NCBI GenBank assembly: GCA_965644315.1
Contig: CBFFRQ010000055.1
Location: 124,001-188,000, forward strand
Length of the DNA stretch: 64,000 nucleotides
Reading direction: 5' to 3'
Source: Caecitellus pseudoparvulus
Taxonomy: Eukaryota; Protista; Bigyra: Bicosoecida
The translations under genes were made by a program, and so were the position numbers. The notes beneath the pieces are model-generated. The model saw only the letters and a list, made by a program, of their open reading frames with translations, was not told where the DNA came from and did no database searches. This document shows, in pieces, positions 21,001 through 26,746 of this stretch; positions within the stretch are counted from its first letter, which is position 1; each line of letters starts with the position of its first letter.

Positions 21001-23281
21001 CCATGCGTGTCTACCAGCTACTGCTTGTCAAGTGGGAGAAGGCGGTCAATCAGTTTCTTGTGCCGAAGGCTACCGCGGAATACTCTGCGGAAGTTGTGAT
21101 GATGACTTTGAGCGAGGGATTGGAATCGCTTGCACTGAGTGTCCGGCTCTATGGATATCACAGCTTCAGCTCGCTGCAATCTTCATTGCCCTGATCTCTC
21201 TGTGTTGCCTCGCAGCGACCGCTGAATCCTGGTGCGCACCTGACATGCCCCTTCAGCAACCACTGGCACCACTTCGCATCCTGGTGGGCTGGTTCCACAT
21301 CCTCTTTGCATTGTTCTTCGCCTCTGCTGCTGATGGTGGGCATGCCACTGACTGGCTGTGGGTTCTCGCTCAAGGTGGATCCGGCTTGCTCCCTTCTCGC
21401 AAGCCTTTTGCCTGTGTCAACCCCGCAATGCTCCCAAGCGAAGCCTTTTTCTTTGTGGGTGGAACTTACTCAGCAATATTCATCATGATCGCTTTCGCTG
21501 CGTGCATTGGGTCGCGACTTGAAGTGAGTGCCCAGGCAGGGCGGCCAAGGTCTGAGACTCTGACGTCTCAGCAGCCAGTTCTGGCACCTGTGGGCGCTGA
21601 GGAAACCGAGAGTGACAGCGAAGCCACCACCCCAGTAGTGTCCGATCCCCAAGATGGAAGGGAACCGAGAAAGGGCTCCTTTGTCACTGGCCGGCTATTT
21701 CGACGAGTGATGGCTGGCTGCTACTTCTTCCTTTACACAACTTGGCCTGCTGTCCTCGTGTCCTGCTTCGTGCTGCTTTCTAGAAGCAGATCTGTCGAAG
21801 GCGAGCAGTTTCTTCGACTGGATTCGCGTTACTCTACAAGTTCTTCGGAGCACCTCTTCTTTGTCCCCCTTGCAGCGGTGTGCGTAGTTGCTCTGGCTCT
21901 TGGGCTTCCGGCAGCTGCAATTTTTGAGGCATGCTCCAGAAGTCACCACCCTGAGCGCCCAAGTGGGAGTCGAACGATGCACATTTTGCTGCCAGGGTAC
22001 TACGTTCCAGGAAGTTCCCAAAACTTGCACCGAGGAAGTATGACTGCAGTGGCAGGCGCGTGCAAGAGACGGCTGGCGGATGTGGCAGGCACGTGGACTT
22101 GGGAGCCTGCTGTGCACCTGGTGAAAGTGGCTCTTTTCGGCATATGCATTTTGGTAGAGGACCCTACATCCAAGTACCAAGCTGCTGCAGCAGTTCTTTT
22201 TGCTCTTCTCGCAAGTTTTGTGTGCTGGCGCCCGTTGCGGAGTCATGTGGATGGGTGGCTTCAAGCGCTCGCTCTTGGCTCGCTTGTGGTCCATGCAATG
22301 TGTGAGGCCACGTACCAGCAAGACAGCTTTATCGCGGGGGAAACCAATTCTTCTCTCCTAAGATCCCTTTGGGTGTTCGTGGCGTGCCTTCAAGGCTTGA
22401 CCCTCTTGGTGCTGCTTTGGGGCAGTTTCAGGTTCGCCTTGCCCAGACCCCAGTCCCTACTTTCAAGGCCTGATTCTGCTTCTCGCCACCTTCAGGCTCT
22501 CTTGGAGGCCAAACTGGCTTCAACTGTCAAACAGAAAGCTTCAAATGGAACCGAAGGCATTTCATCACGCCCTGCAGGTCTGCATGGAAAGCGCGCTCAG
22601 ACTGTCGCGCGTCCGACCCGCCAACCTGTGGAGAAGAAGGAGTTCATTGAAATGGCGCACAACATTTCCAGCCATGTATCTCCAGGGCAAACAAATCCAA
22701 AGGGCTTTCACCGGAAGCGGGATAGGTTTTGGTATCAACGTTTCCTCGACCAAGATGCAGTTGCTCGCAGACTCAAGTCGGACGCCGCGTCTGTTCTCAG
22801 AGAGTATGCTGCTCAGAAGCGAGCCGGCAAGCTGGGATTTCACTTGCGCACTCGAAGAGAGCGGGTGAAACTTCTGAAGGAGAAGCTTTTCGGAAGACTC
22901 GCCCCAGATGCGATGCTTGCCAGCGAGTCATCTGGCCGTGAAAGCGAAAGCACAAGCGAACCAGAAGGGGCTGCGGAGGCAGAGGAGGCAGCTGAGCTTT
23001 TTCTGGCTGTGAAGGCCTCAGCGCAGTCTTCTGCAAGTTTCATGGAAGAAGAGATGATGAAGGACCTCATGGTCTTGTTGGAACCAGAGGCTGACGAGGG
23101 TGATGCGCCCGAAGGACAGAGAGGTAGCACCGGCTTGCACACTCGCCGAGGGCACGTCTCAAGGCCGCCTCCATACGAAGCAGAAGGCACTCCGAGCACT
23201 TCCCATCCCGAAGCATCGCACCCCGATGTAGAAGAAGAACTTCCTAGCTCGACTTCTTTTGTGCCAAGAAGGCCGTCATAG
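2..23281 (+). CDS. Giant multi-pass cell-surface adhesin/receptor-like protein (>7,750 aa, 5'-partial): ~20 DUF11/isopeptide-D2-like Ig modules, S/T/P stalk, BACON/filamin-like Ig domains, Cys-rich repeats, multi-TM domain, cytoplasmic tail
   Basis: The frame is open from position 2 (QTLLAAIEPT...) through the GTG at 68 to TAG at 23279-23281, so the true start lies upstream of the window. Anchors V(V/Y/A)EPx(L/V)...(D/E)AxDx(V/L)...SSA(F/Y)xV and GExV...VPEG recur every ~300 aa. A stalk SPTPSVTASPSVTVTPTGTPTPSPSP lies at ~18617-18694 and VSLRDLYGN is filamin-like. A Cys-rich block CTCAPGF/CSKCPEG/CAEGYRGILCGSC spans ~20635-21145, followed by several hydrophobic helices at ~21150-22430. Confidence 0.85.
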   Translation, partial: QTLLAAIEPTPPAPLRLPPGSLVNLSQVVRFREETATACALRLVHSAAGRLSLLGLVNASTEASTEMVFGSGNFSDILDTMQPLGGGQGGVQFMFGEVNVTAPGPPGNVTVVTEWAVPADFPAVASSGSVTASASLACTEVLDTSSTSSLALAFVEPRLTLARTSPGGAEVLALPGSELSLMSEVRATPGIQRSEAFNISLLDVNANPREYQLRAVGVNGLAMWNCTGVDCGFRTEGTGPGGSFAPYFLTIANDTEPGEVHLLEYAIVLNISQESNTLAFVMLEAHYQSLPMELHPASPLRYYTAQLTIPIRASLPSAAIEVNNTVSQAPFRLQVGEVIRMRARAAFVPGRMLAAEVRLTTSLSGVLQALDFGNVTLLSPLLVESSLGPLPTSWEAASLASAGTTVFSLALGDVQAFGNASHVAELEFDVMARVLDVPAAAAGSPVSLSANIVAAAIPIGTVRASQVHTFQEPVLQLSAAAPVGLEVQAGSEFVLTGHILAGSAPPDGHAWHVHLHDDTASLDTYRIMNVTVDGVLTWQYDSMNTSSGRVAEGAGPSGASSLLTAIAYLGAGDEATVQYAVRVLPHFLVGVPFSIDLRLEWDTHFNASAARQLTSHVSVPVAALQPTTHFTSILNDGFAPPSLHVRGSTLFVNFTMFFPKGRVPGLVCRLRDSNDAVSFVRVVSVTASSGLWLMDGSLWQTAHTSKSTVLGQVGVDVNLGDTNNTGLSLETQEFISIAVEAYVTDASTFSAALTAGTFTAEWESGGGFAPPIIATQGIGIAEPVLAITSLIKSPAPDAEAGDVVQFTLTVEVQACTLCSDAFSVQVFDRGLAQGWYHVKSVSLNSVSTFTAGPPPSGDALAGFGPGGSREPMLLLNVSSISSGSVVSIDYSLGVVMQAQLGGTLSPPLEVHWTTHPSPQHGGSLDRLVSQVAPVQPLQSLSTSGLFLSDAATPQPQDAAVGAEVLVSVAVQVPQGSANDSILHVDFDASNVMAFVEMVNISASVGVFSSLGQWDTPAFAPSLKGPAGTDGCSVELGHLNNTQLDAVLQEIVIWLRFVVQESAASVHGAQVNSVLSVESTLTPLGSQVFSLPAMTVVEPQVVCTSIPASSFSADSQDVVAWNLTWSASQNHAWCLQLDDPGLEAGFHRVLDVWLDGALQWEATNASFGLAQANTGPGGSASPTRLLRPPCTAGLVPSLNSQADIGYEVQSTIQFASTHAPNFRVHWSSHFAPIRGAQDARNYSAVCAPASYTVPQPVVDLAATTEGFGISSASLVPGELLFVNVSVSVPEGTGVLSVLELATAITPAASGQVLNLVNSTVAASSPALTSSLIGSSWELSALSESADAFNQLNVTLEWGTLLNLAASNPIPELLLVEFWLAVSNVTAQQASGLDLSPTFSTLLSHSTTGTSFSIAEPSVSVVNTGPARYKVDAFDTSNFTVSVQAAGCLHCSSAFGVQVRDRNLMLDRYIILNVWLDAFLVWSANISDPDAGRATAGKGPGGSQDPSALLPSPIDRISRGGAKIVTYSTMPRETAIGGADLESDVECSWLSHDLGEVQGRPAMAHPRAYGGSIDIQPVLEIAGIVGSMSVEDFGGSAARVPVGEVVSVLVKLIVPEGSFPDGVLRIQAAPGLLVFDEVLSLQGTPPATIWSSTGNWGEPGLPSVLYDSLHSSNLSLGIGSIINSDNDNTQQEMIELWLLCHSSNASLNTAGQEVSLATLVISNENNVTDAPISGVVTTLEPVVSVQCTSCGGHSVDAHDIVYVEYSITAAACPLCSSAYAVSIMDSDASMGRYFVRQVLVNGSTTWQSDPILASSGNLSLGLGPSQGVTPGSFAFVDEVAAGTTATVGVYLQLGARLALNSNFTLEVQVQYASAVNLTYARFYNQPASQNARFLAKTSSIRMVSNINRPNYDSTVDAEVTQGHEICWAISLTLFEGVQSQTQLSFSISPTQFAVQTATIMPLNSTLSMSAGNHGTLQSQADAAVHFQPFVLALGDVFNGDDANNVTETLVVQLCGFALNDSVNAAGLLAQAEASFTIGGELIQSDATTHLTRSPTVFLEAEALAAMSGLAAGSTFQVNIRLEVPSTPTSSSAFDLQLFEPLYATGLTRILSVVANGTTYWSSSGQGTGVAQNGTGPGLSEEPGLLWNTSSLVNGDHVNLVLNFEVLGAAQAGMLRALEFRLCFSSLPQTVRALHMQVSNADLNILIKSHALLGTISPAVSVVHGQPVHVSTALTVPQGSQLDVSVSLQAVSTGFLSFEPWMSLVNVTQNPQQVQLQLLGTSNTTGAVTFGSEIVWDALRVFNFANSSDTDEVLLLNYLTGLNSSAPQAAGDLIQIHRSFSSLEDAAIAPSQILTVYEPEVASVAWGAAVHTVDAHDVLNVSLAVVPAGGAASSTLFDVELSDLDVCDGGASSGLYRYTRAWAFVGGVGRGVDVAGWCGGGGPGSTLQVVDALEQGQDLDIVLEVQVNASVSAEESHSLRGRVGWSSYPATSLVPVLVPRVYTMDTLVGLEVQTRLLAVDSVTRSAQGTAVSGDAGAVSFGSVVEVEGRVLVPEGMHTGVNVTIASVASTCTYLDAASVVVVGGVSLVLGTQSEVWSPSAGAADAVTVQFASVHSTGVNAPDAFLTVRVDSVVRDLPGCGAGDTLEWEVRVWSSEQSSVQVMLGSSMTVYEPEVASVAWGAAVHTVDAHDVLNVSLAVVPAGGAASSTLFDVELSDLDVCDGGASSGLYRYTRAWTFVGGVGRGVDVAGWCGGGGPGSTLQVVDALEQGQDLDIVLEVQVNASVSAEESHSLRGRVGWSSYPATALQHPGSSSTYDADALVGLEVQTRLLAVDSVTRSAQGTAVSGDAGAVSFGSVVEVEGRVLVPEGMHTGVNVTIASVASTCTYLDAASVVVVGGVSLVLGTQSEVWSPSAGAADAVTVQFASVHSTGMNAPDAFLTVRVDSVVRDLPGCGAGDTLEWEVRVWSSEQSSVQVMLGSSMTVYEPEVASVAWGAAVHTVDAHDVLNVSLAVVPAGGAASSTLFDVELSDLDVCDGGASSGLYMYTRAWTFVGGVGRGVDVAGWCGGGGPGSTLQVVDALEQGQDLDIVLEVQVNASVSAEESHSLRGRVGWSSYPATALQHPGSSSTYDADALVGLEVQTRLLAVDSVTRSAQGTAVSGDAGAVSFGSVVEVEGRVLVPEGMHTGVNVTIASVASACTYLDAASVVVVGGVSLVLGTQSEVWSPSAGAADAVTVQFASVHSTGMNAPDAFLTVRVDSVVRDLPGCGAGDTLEWEVRVWSSEQSSVQVMLGSNMTVYEPEVASVAWGAAVHTVDAHDVLNVSLAVVPAGGAASSTLFDVELSDLDVCDGGASSGLYMYTRAWAFVGGVGRGVDVAGWCGGGGPGSTLQVVDALEQGQDLDIVLEVQVNASVSAEESHSLRGRVGWSSYPATALQHPGSSSTYDADALVGLEVQTRLLAVDSVTRSVQGTAVSGDAGAVSFGSVVEVEGRVLVPEGMHTGVNVTIASVASTCTYLDAASVVVVGGVSLVLGTQSEVWSPSAGAADAVTVQFASVHSTGMNAPDAFLTVRVDSVVRDLPGCGAGDTLEWEVRVWSSEQSSVQVMLGSSMTVYEPEVASVAWGAAVHTVDAHDVLNVSLAVVPAGGAASSTLFDVELSDLDVCDGGASSGLYRYTRAWTFVGGVGRGVDVAGWCGGGGPGSTLQVVDALEQGQDLDIVLEVQVNASVSAEESHSLRGRVGWSSYPATALQHPGSSSTYDADALVGLEVQTRLLAVDSVTRSAQGTAVSGDAGAVSFGSVVEVEGRVLVPEGMHTGVNVTIASVASACTYLDAASVVVVGGVSLVLGTQSEVWSPSAGAADAVTVQFASVHSTGVNAPDAFLTVRVDSVVRDLPGCGAGDTLEWEVRVWSSEQSSVQVMLGSSMTVYEPEVASVAWGAAVHTVDAHDVLNVSLAVVPAGGAASSTLFDVELSDLDVCDGGASSGLYRYTRAWAFVGGVGRGVDVAGWCGGGGPGSTLQVVDALEQGQDLDIVLEVQVNASVSAEESHSLRGRVGWSSYPATALQHPGSSSTYDADALVGLEVQTRLLAVDSVTRSAQGTAVSGDAGAVSFGSVVEVEGRVLVPEGMHTGVNVTIASVASACTYLDAASVVVVGGVSLVLGTQSEVWSPSAGAADAVTVQFASVHSTGMNAPDAFLTVRVDSVVRDLPGCGAGDTLEWEVRVWSSEQSSVQVMLGSSMTVYEPSGGIFAEFGGASIEALDVVTVPVLLVASALADSSTLFDVEVVALGLPDVDYSIVGVSALDAPGSSCALGTPPSHVLVVCGVVQAGSMVSFNFSIQANQTLSAGSNVTIELGSVWESSESSTFASSYSAPVLVLSSILARSPTLRAFSPASPEAPGLNFSTFGGQSSILVNISVTKGLSSNMSVQLDFPELSFGASPTVLHSSFPFMVFASEPPSITQGENNCSKVVLGTVSNFANYTGPYIVQVHVGFSVSGAEALVAGDTISALASLNIAGVTNVSAMATRFTAVEPYVTTSLNASPLSPLEAFDTFVVSLGVEAGSGPALAPAHDVRFSFTNGSTHWRIWEVSDTVSSWTSGLPPDMLCASEQPAINFALLPRALMMQPGSLTTFHLQGILCSSPSVSSLVPFGLNVSYWSAAAPGLAPRRTYLSVPESVGLQTANVSLVIRNSTYLGYADDIVAQGESMLVFMLVQLPRLSFENFVVNVSSVDYPLLRINETYVEESFGCVSLVGGLEQASLLPPSVSETPFSSSVSFGDIRSVVNASSEQGFVHVVALVQVHKGTPAGTDTSISVTVCTLESSCEYRLQAGASFRVHRPGFLWAAPGSSSGFQVTAAGGEPFHFTVNISLPQHPWNSPAFNVTLFGAGSDWDAFVVLSATSACWPTGGDDFNDAKPRDPILLSDWYGMSASPLAHIPMLAEGQNCSVNVTAVVSSQVSMGERFELPLSLNHSATPTSATLGGVDSASRFGRFLPFAIAFDARSPTLSLRLATLNVSVTPEDRFVAGQDVFCTVVLFVPVGQVDMTEFWMEATGEGSFSVEELTEVSSDGSIFLNGTRPARSATALISNATAHLPLGHLVNNGTSSGSISFVFRLSTAASGWAVLDTLQATVSAHCLTCSAAIQADDSISFDDPQVQALTLPQLAFSGIDAGDELNLTLQLTTQASASSITDAEFFDMTLGLGVYEYIGAWLEEDLVAPCASQAQGTQPFRWLVLPALAPGQTYTVVALVRFLAQVEVGGELEAGIHLAYSSFAGGSGAQERVLEPISQPVFKQAGPLMFANLFPDSHAPSNNFVTPGTEIEFVLSISLPRGTASNFSSSISCLPSNVLAFADEASIIVSSSAGVTLGSCAENTPVDSILGNGHTRPCDLVTVGNSTSEYASLTVSLRAEVLDVAQVSHGAVLAFNASVEAKGIAPLFHVVTATVAEPFLNFSNVQLAPAFATVEAGDSVELQGVVVHANSSSSSAHNISLVPGVQGPSSCLASCPWDQVPLLQVSHAAADSTGLAVSPCDGDAISGFPSLLLGSSFVTRVVLDVKCSAGSGQHALLLPAFSFQSHPSSVHARAYVHPVGRFAVNFTRSFDRGFSVSWLGNRWYEPPFEFPPGATLSFSHELQLVRGKTHNVSYKAVILHEGGVASPVQYVFASQGVLSQGLRTASAFSSHPASGHLVSVGNSSIERIAASTLSPSPSVAFVTNVTLHNASEEWFALNSSMKWSPDGRGASSINVTIVRPRVEVGVEVERHGVRPLNSLWGGDTLGLKVCLSNSKASKSAAFNVSCACAHSTKKSSFAFYEILDSSNGSAPVALAHHQEGFTLSRDFIPLSETTCATVNLTLFVGTLVAEDVGLNLSCTYQSTPHANLGTEHYTSDLSQVSLSVANGSSSSVGLVKGRVETETAGSPDLIAPGDVLHLNVSIAVPPVQLLNSALDLHFNSTIAAGGVTWHQVHVNNGELHSDFTPPLFVQQSTTTYTFQLGRLVPSSSLMMSLSLLASMKTIGQPTTPPESSIPVGATFRWNSAANSSYQQDLPGMLLSVVEPTLRVGQVSPQTRGGLYRGEQATFSFLLANQAALREAGDRKNCSGSPYLDSTGFNVSVLDQGRFIGSPTGEALYALVGVTVNGTATSTNLTAFEQDGVIARFPSIGLFDVVNVSFTIRLTHWSLWATVVRPNVTAVWYNLPQTGNGTGMLHSSQACASSIATIAIVSPTPSVTASPSVTVTPTGTPTPSPSPIVVPQLEAGTAARAEVFFGATDRFVFPQFQLILSDTSSGQGVVGAQVVGCTGIAPQGACSAWWKNLEASVTTISVKGTVHIFAVSVFVQHPSTVGWLAGHGESALASAAVALDLAVTGASGMTLNTTIEVSILNPLANAVSSVSASSRPDQFWLSTAPRLIEVAHVLGSKRSELQTVWIDTNSAASSLIHVAVQGSQSWLAVGPPAASPSQNSGSLAAGVRAHRVPVFINASALQAGHYSQTISMAIAGEASLSPALIQVRLRVVRTRLVVLPSGRFVHIRPDMSATTSFIMSNEGVHPSTYTLAWGEELASQPPSWLSLSAMSRNGTLASGSDTTLAFTVDGSAVPVRGESFTFPVTVRTSGLAAGVDDEVQLTLTVLVSGIVPCEGSLHVNLSAGERPLIPIPVGFTPNLATMIRFQPSSGLALLSSTWLNVTSPVFALVRSTGHTVAWVSPKAALSQNAGSHQEFVVIETLTPFNNSLRVQETLQISVTFGVAPGPPVADNSLARLCPPTATSLGSGLERAGAGHDASSAGTPQSGDLNRTIAVEFLEQGDPPSAFVALCVSLRDLYGNAVQLWQPNVAVKASLFRNGALVQRLLSSKLIASPLANTHSVTVHASSPGLLSATVFIGQRAVQGTPVQVAILPPVCDAASQVRSGPMSECTCAPGFQRSLHQGNTSSLVQHCSKCPEGHFKSVPSDTVRCSRCPVGMFASDSRSECIGCPEVRGIACSGGVWAIEPGYWCTGCLERSEPRKRSLTGVSGLPHAVGPLHACLPATACQVGEGGQSVSCAEGYRGILCGSCDDDFERGIGIACTECPALWISQLQLAAIFIALISLCCLAATAESWCAPDMPLQQPLAPLRILVGWFHILFALFFASAADGGHATDWLWVLAQGGSGLLPSRKPFACVNPAMLPSEAFFFVGGTYSAIFIMIAFAACIGSRLEVSAQAGRPRSETLTSQQPVLAPVGAEETESDSEATTPVVSDPQDGREPRKGSFVTGRLFRRVMAGCYFFLYTTWPAVLVSCFVLLSRSRSVEGEQFLRLDSRYSTSSSEHLFFVPLAAVCVVALALGLPAAAIFEACSRSHHPERPSGSRTMHILLPGYYVPGSSQNLHRGSMTAVAGACKRRLADVAGTWTWEPAVHLVKVALFGICILVEDPTSKYQAAAAVLFALLASFVCWRPLRSHVDGWLQALALGSLVVHAMCEATYQQDSFIAGETNSSLLRSLWVFVACLQGLTLLVLLWGSFRFALPRPQSLLSRPDSASRHLQALLEAKLASTVKQKASNGTEGISSRPAGLHGKRAQTVARPTRQPVEKKEFIEMAHNISSHVSPGQTNPKGFHRKRDRFWYQRFLDQDAVARRLKSDAASVLREYAAQKRAGKLGFHLRTRRERVKLLKEKLFGRLAPDAMLASESSGRESESTSEPEGAAEAEEAAELFLAVKASAQSSASFMEEEMMKDLMVLLEPEADEGDAPEGQRGSTGLHTRRGHVSRPPPYEAEGTPSTSHPEASHPDVEEELPSSTSFVPRRPS
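7053..12703 (+). repeat. Intragenic tandem repeat, 6 x 939 bp (313 aa), near-identical
   Basis: The unit start TGACGGTGTATGAGCCT recurs at 7053, 7992, 8931, 9870, 10809, 11748 and 12687. Copies differ at about 8 SNPs plus one ~43-bp patch in copy 1. Confidence 0.98.
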
Positions 23282-23511
23282 GCCCACTTGCTGTCGTCCC
23301 TCGCACAATCTCGGGCTGCATCTGCTTTTTCCCGCATGACAGCAGGCAGATCCCACCAATGGGCCTGGCGCAGGCCGGTTCACCGCAAAACCAAACAAGA
23401 GCGACCAAAATACATTTGTGAAGTGCCCCACTTCAGCTCTTTCTACCTACCAGCAGCTTGGTGGCTGTTTGGTGAGGCACGAGCTGGGAGGCTGCCGAGG
23501 CTTACACCAGC

Positions 23512-26500
23512 ATGGCCAGCCCAGCGGGAGAAGCTGCCACAGCACAGCGAAAAGGGGACAAGGCGTGGACCCCTGATGAACCCGCTCTTCCCAGTGAAGA
23601 AGATTCTACTAGCCCCACCATCGATGGTGCTCCGGATCTGGCTGATGGGCCTGACGAGCTTGCAGAGTACGACTTTGCTGATCTTCCCGAACACGCCTGC
23701 TTGTACTGTGGCATCCACAACCCGCTGAGCGTTGCCCAATGTGTGGCCACAAGCAAGTGGTTTTGCAACTGCAGAGGGAGAACGAGTGCCTCTCACATTG
23801 TGCACCACCTGGTCCGCTCAAAGCACAAGGAAATTCGGCTGCACTCTGACAGGTACGTTGTGAAACGCTTGCGTTTCAAGGTGCTGCCCAGACTCCCCCC
23901 TCCCCGCCCTCCCTCGCTTCAGTCCCCTTGGTGGGGCAGCTCTTGAGTGTTACAACTGCAGCACCAAAAATGTCTTCCTCCTTGGCTTCCTGCCAGCGAA
24001 GACGGAGTCAGTGGTCTTGCTGCTGTGCCGCGCGTGCCTTTCTAACGGTGCTCTGAAGGACATGGAGTGGGATCTCAAGCAGTGGAACCCCTTGATTCAG
24101 GACAAGGCACTGGTGCCCTGGCTTCTGCAGCCACCTGAAGAGCATGAGGCGCTGCGGGCTCGGCCTATTTCCAGCGCCCAGATTGCGGCATTGGAAGACC
24201 TGTGGAGGGAGGACCCATCTGCCCAACTACAGGACCTATCACAAGGCGGCGTCACTGACATTGCTGACCCTGTGAGGCAAGACTACGAGGACGGGTTTCA
24301 CTACCAAAACATCCTGGCTCCTTTGGTCAAAGCTGAAGCAGATGAAGATCGACGGACGGCGGAGCGGGTGGTCAGGGACTCAGTGAGCGTGTCGTGGGAG
24401 CTGGCGACAGGCTCTGCACCCTTGGCGCGGTTCAATTGGGCGTCCTCTGGGGGCCAAGAAGAGCGAGTTCTTCCAGGTCATGAAGTCAAGCTCCACCTGC
24501 CGCCTCTCCGATCGGGTGTTACGCAAGGCTTGGCTTGGGAGGGTGTTGGAATCGTGCGGGACAGCCGCGACATGGTCATCTCAGTTGAACTGCACACCGG
24601 CCTGCTGCTGGATGACTCAGGCAACGAAATTTCGCGGCCTTCTTCCAAGCAGGCTTTGGTCGTCTGCCCAACTGACATTTCGGAGGGCTTCTCTGTACAG
24701 CTGGTGTGGAAGAGCGTGTCGTTCGATCGCATGCAGGCGGCGCTTCGCACGTTCGCGCTGGATGACAAAGCCGTCTCCCCTACTTTGTACCAGGCTCTTC
24801 TTGGCCATGCTGTGGAGCCTGGCACCGTCGCTGGGCCATCACACCGATCGCTGTCGACACCTGGCCTGCCCCAGTTGAATCCCTCTCAGCTCCTTGCCTT
24901 GAGGACGACCCTCTCACGCCCACTTTCTCTCATCCAAGGCCCTCCCGGCACAGGGAAGACAGTGACTTCGGCCGCTATCGTCTATCACCTGAAACGACAG
25001 AGCAAAGGCCAAATCCTTGTGTCAGCTCCATCAAACGTAGCCGTCGACCAGCTCACAGCAAAGATCGCTGCCACTGGACTGAAAGTCATCAGGCTGTATG
25101 CACGATCCAAAGAAGCAACGGAGTCAGACGTGCAAAGTCATGCGTTGCACAATATCGTTGCCGACGTCGCCACACTTCCTCCAGACATGGCCGCGCAGTG
25201 GGAGGCGGAAATGGCCACAGCACAGGCGGAAGGCGTGCCCTCACGTGAGACGACGCCTCGCACAGCTACAGCCACGAAGCCGAAGATGCCTGGCGCCCCC
25301 GCTGCCGTGCAGCTACTGGGGGGCATGGCAGGAACATCTTTGACCAGGCTTCACTGGCTTCGAGGGCAGTACGGTGACTTGACTGTTGCAAACGAGTTGA
25401 AGTACCGCAAGCTTGTGGCAAGGGCAGAAGCTGCCTTGCTCAAGGCAGCAGACGTAATTTGCTGCACTTGTGTTGGTGCTGGGGACAAGCGCCTCAGAGG
25501 CATGAAATTCCGGCAGGTGCTCATTGATGAGGTGACTCAAGCGTCAGAACCTGAGGTCATCATTCCTGTTGTGAAAGGTGCGAAGCAGCTTGTGCTCGTT
25601 GGGGACCATTGCCAGCTGGGGCCGGTGGTGCTGTCCAAGGTTGCAGCCGCTGCAGGGCTGCACCAGTCGCTCTTCGAGAGGCTCATCATGCGAGGCGTGC
25701 GCCCCTTGCGCCTTGCAGTGCAGTACCGCATGCACCCGGTGCTAGCGGAGTTCCCCTCCAACATTTTTTATGATGGCAGCCTGCAAAATGGTGTCACACT
25801 GGCGGAGCGAACACCCACTGATACGGCCCTGGAATGGCCCATGCCTGGTCGCCCCATGTTCTTCTACATTTCCACGGGAGCTGAGGAAATCGCGGGAAGT
25901 GGGACTTCCTACATCAATCGATCGGAGGCGTCCTCTGTGGAGCGCGTGGTGACAAACTTCTTGCGCTCAGGAGTGCAGCCCTCTCAAATCGGAGTCATCA
26001 CTCCATACGAGGGGCAAAGAGGGTACATTATCAACCACATGACCCGACATGGGAGCATGTCAGGAGGCCTGTACAGTCAAGTTGAAGTTGCCTCCGTTGA
26101 CAGCTTTCAGGGCCGTGAGAAGGATTACACGATCCTGTCTTGCGTGCGCTCGAACGAGCACCAGGGCATCGGTTTCTTGAACGATCCACGCCGACTAAAC
26201 GTCGCTCTGACCCGAGCGCGGTACGGCATGGTAGTAGTCGGGAATCCCAAAGTGTTGGCAAAGCAGTCGCTGTGGAACAACTTGCTGCACCACTTTAAGC
26301 AGATGAATTGCCTCGTGGAGGGCCCACTCACGGCTCTCCGACACTCCAAGATGCACTTCCCACGCCCAAGGCGCTACATCAACCCAAGGTACAAGCTGTA
26401 CACAGTGGGTTTGGCGGCCAACCCAAACACCTTCGGGGAGGTGTCCTTTCCCCCCCCTGGCACCCCTTCCGAAACAACCCAAGCAGGCGCGGGCAGCGGT

Positions 26501-26713
26501 TCAGGAGGACTGTCCCTGGCAGATTTAGGCGCCGGATCCTTCCCGTTCAGTGCTGATGGAACAATGGCGGGATACACATCTGCAGTGCCTCTTTATGGTA
26601 TTGGTGGTGCTGTGGATGGTGTCTGGGCCTCAGGGGCAGCGGGGATTCCAGCGGAGTACGGCGCTGCACTTTCGGACGCCAGCGCCGCGGCTCCACAGAA
26701 GCCTGAACAGTGA
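23512..26713 (+). CDS. UPF1: Regulator of nonsense transcripts 1 (NMD SF1 RNA helicase); join(23512..23852,23923..26713)
   Basis: CH domain LPEHACLYCGIH...KWFCN...SHIVHHLVRSKHKE. Removing a 70-nt GT-AG intron gives HSDSPLGGAALECYNC...NVFLLGFLPAK. Helicase motifs QGPPGTGKT, LIDEVTQA, GDHCQLGP, VDSFQGREKD and RRLNVALTRAR are present. Confidence 0.97.
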
Positions 26714-26746
26714 ACTTTGCTGAAAACAAGCGAAAGAAGATGTGGA

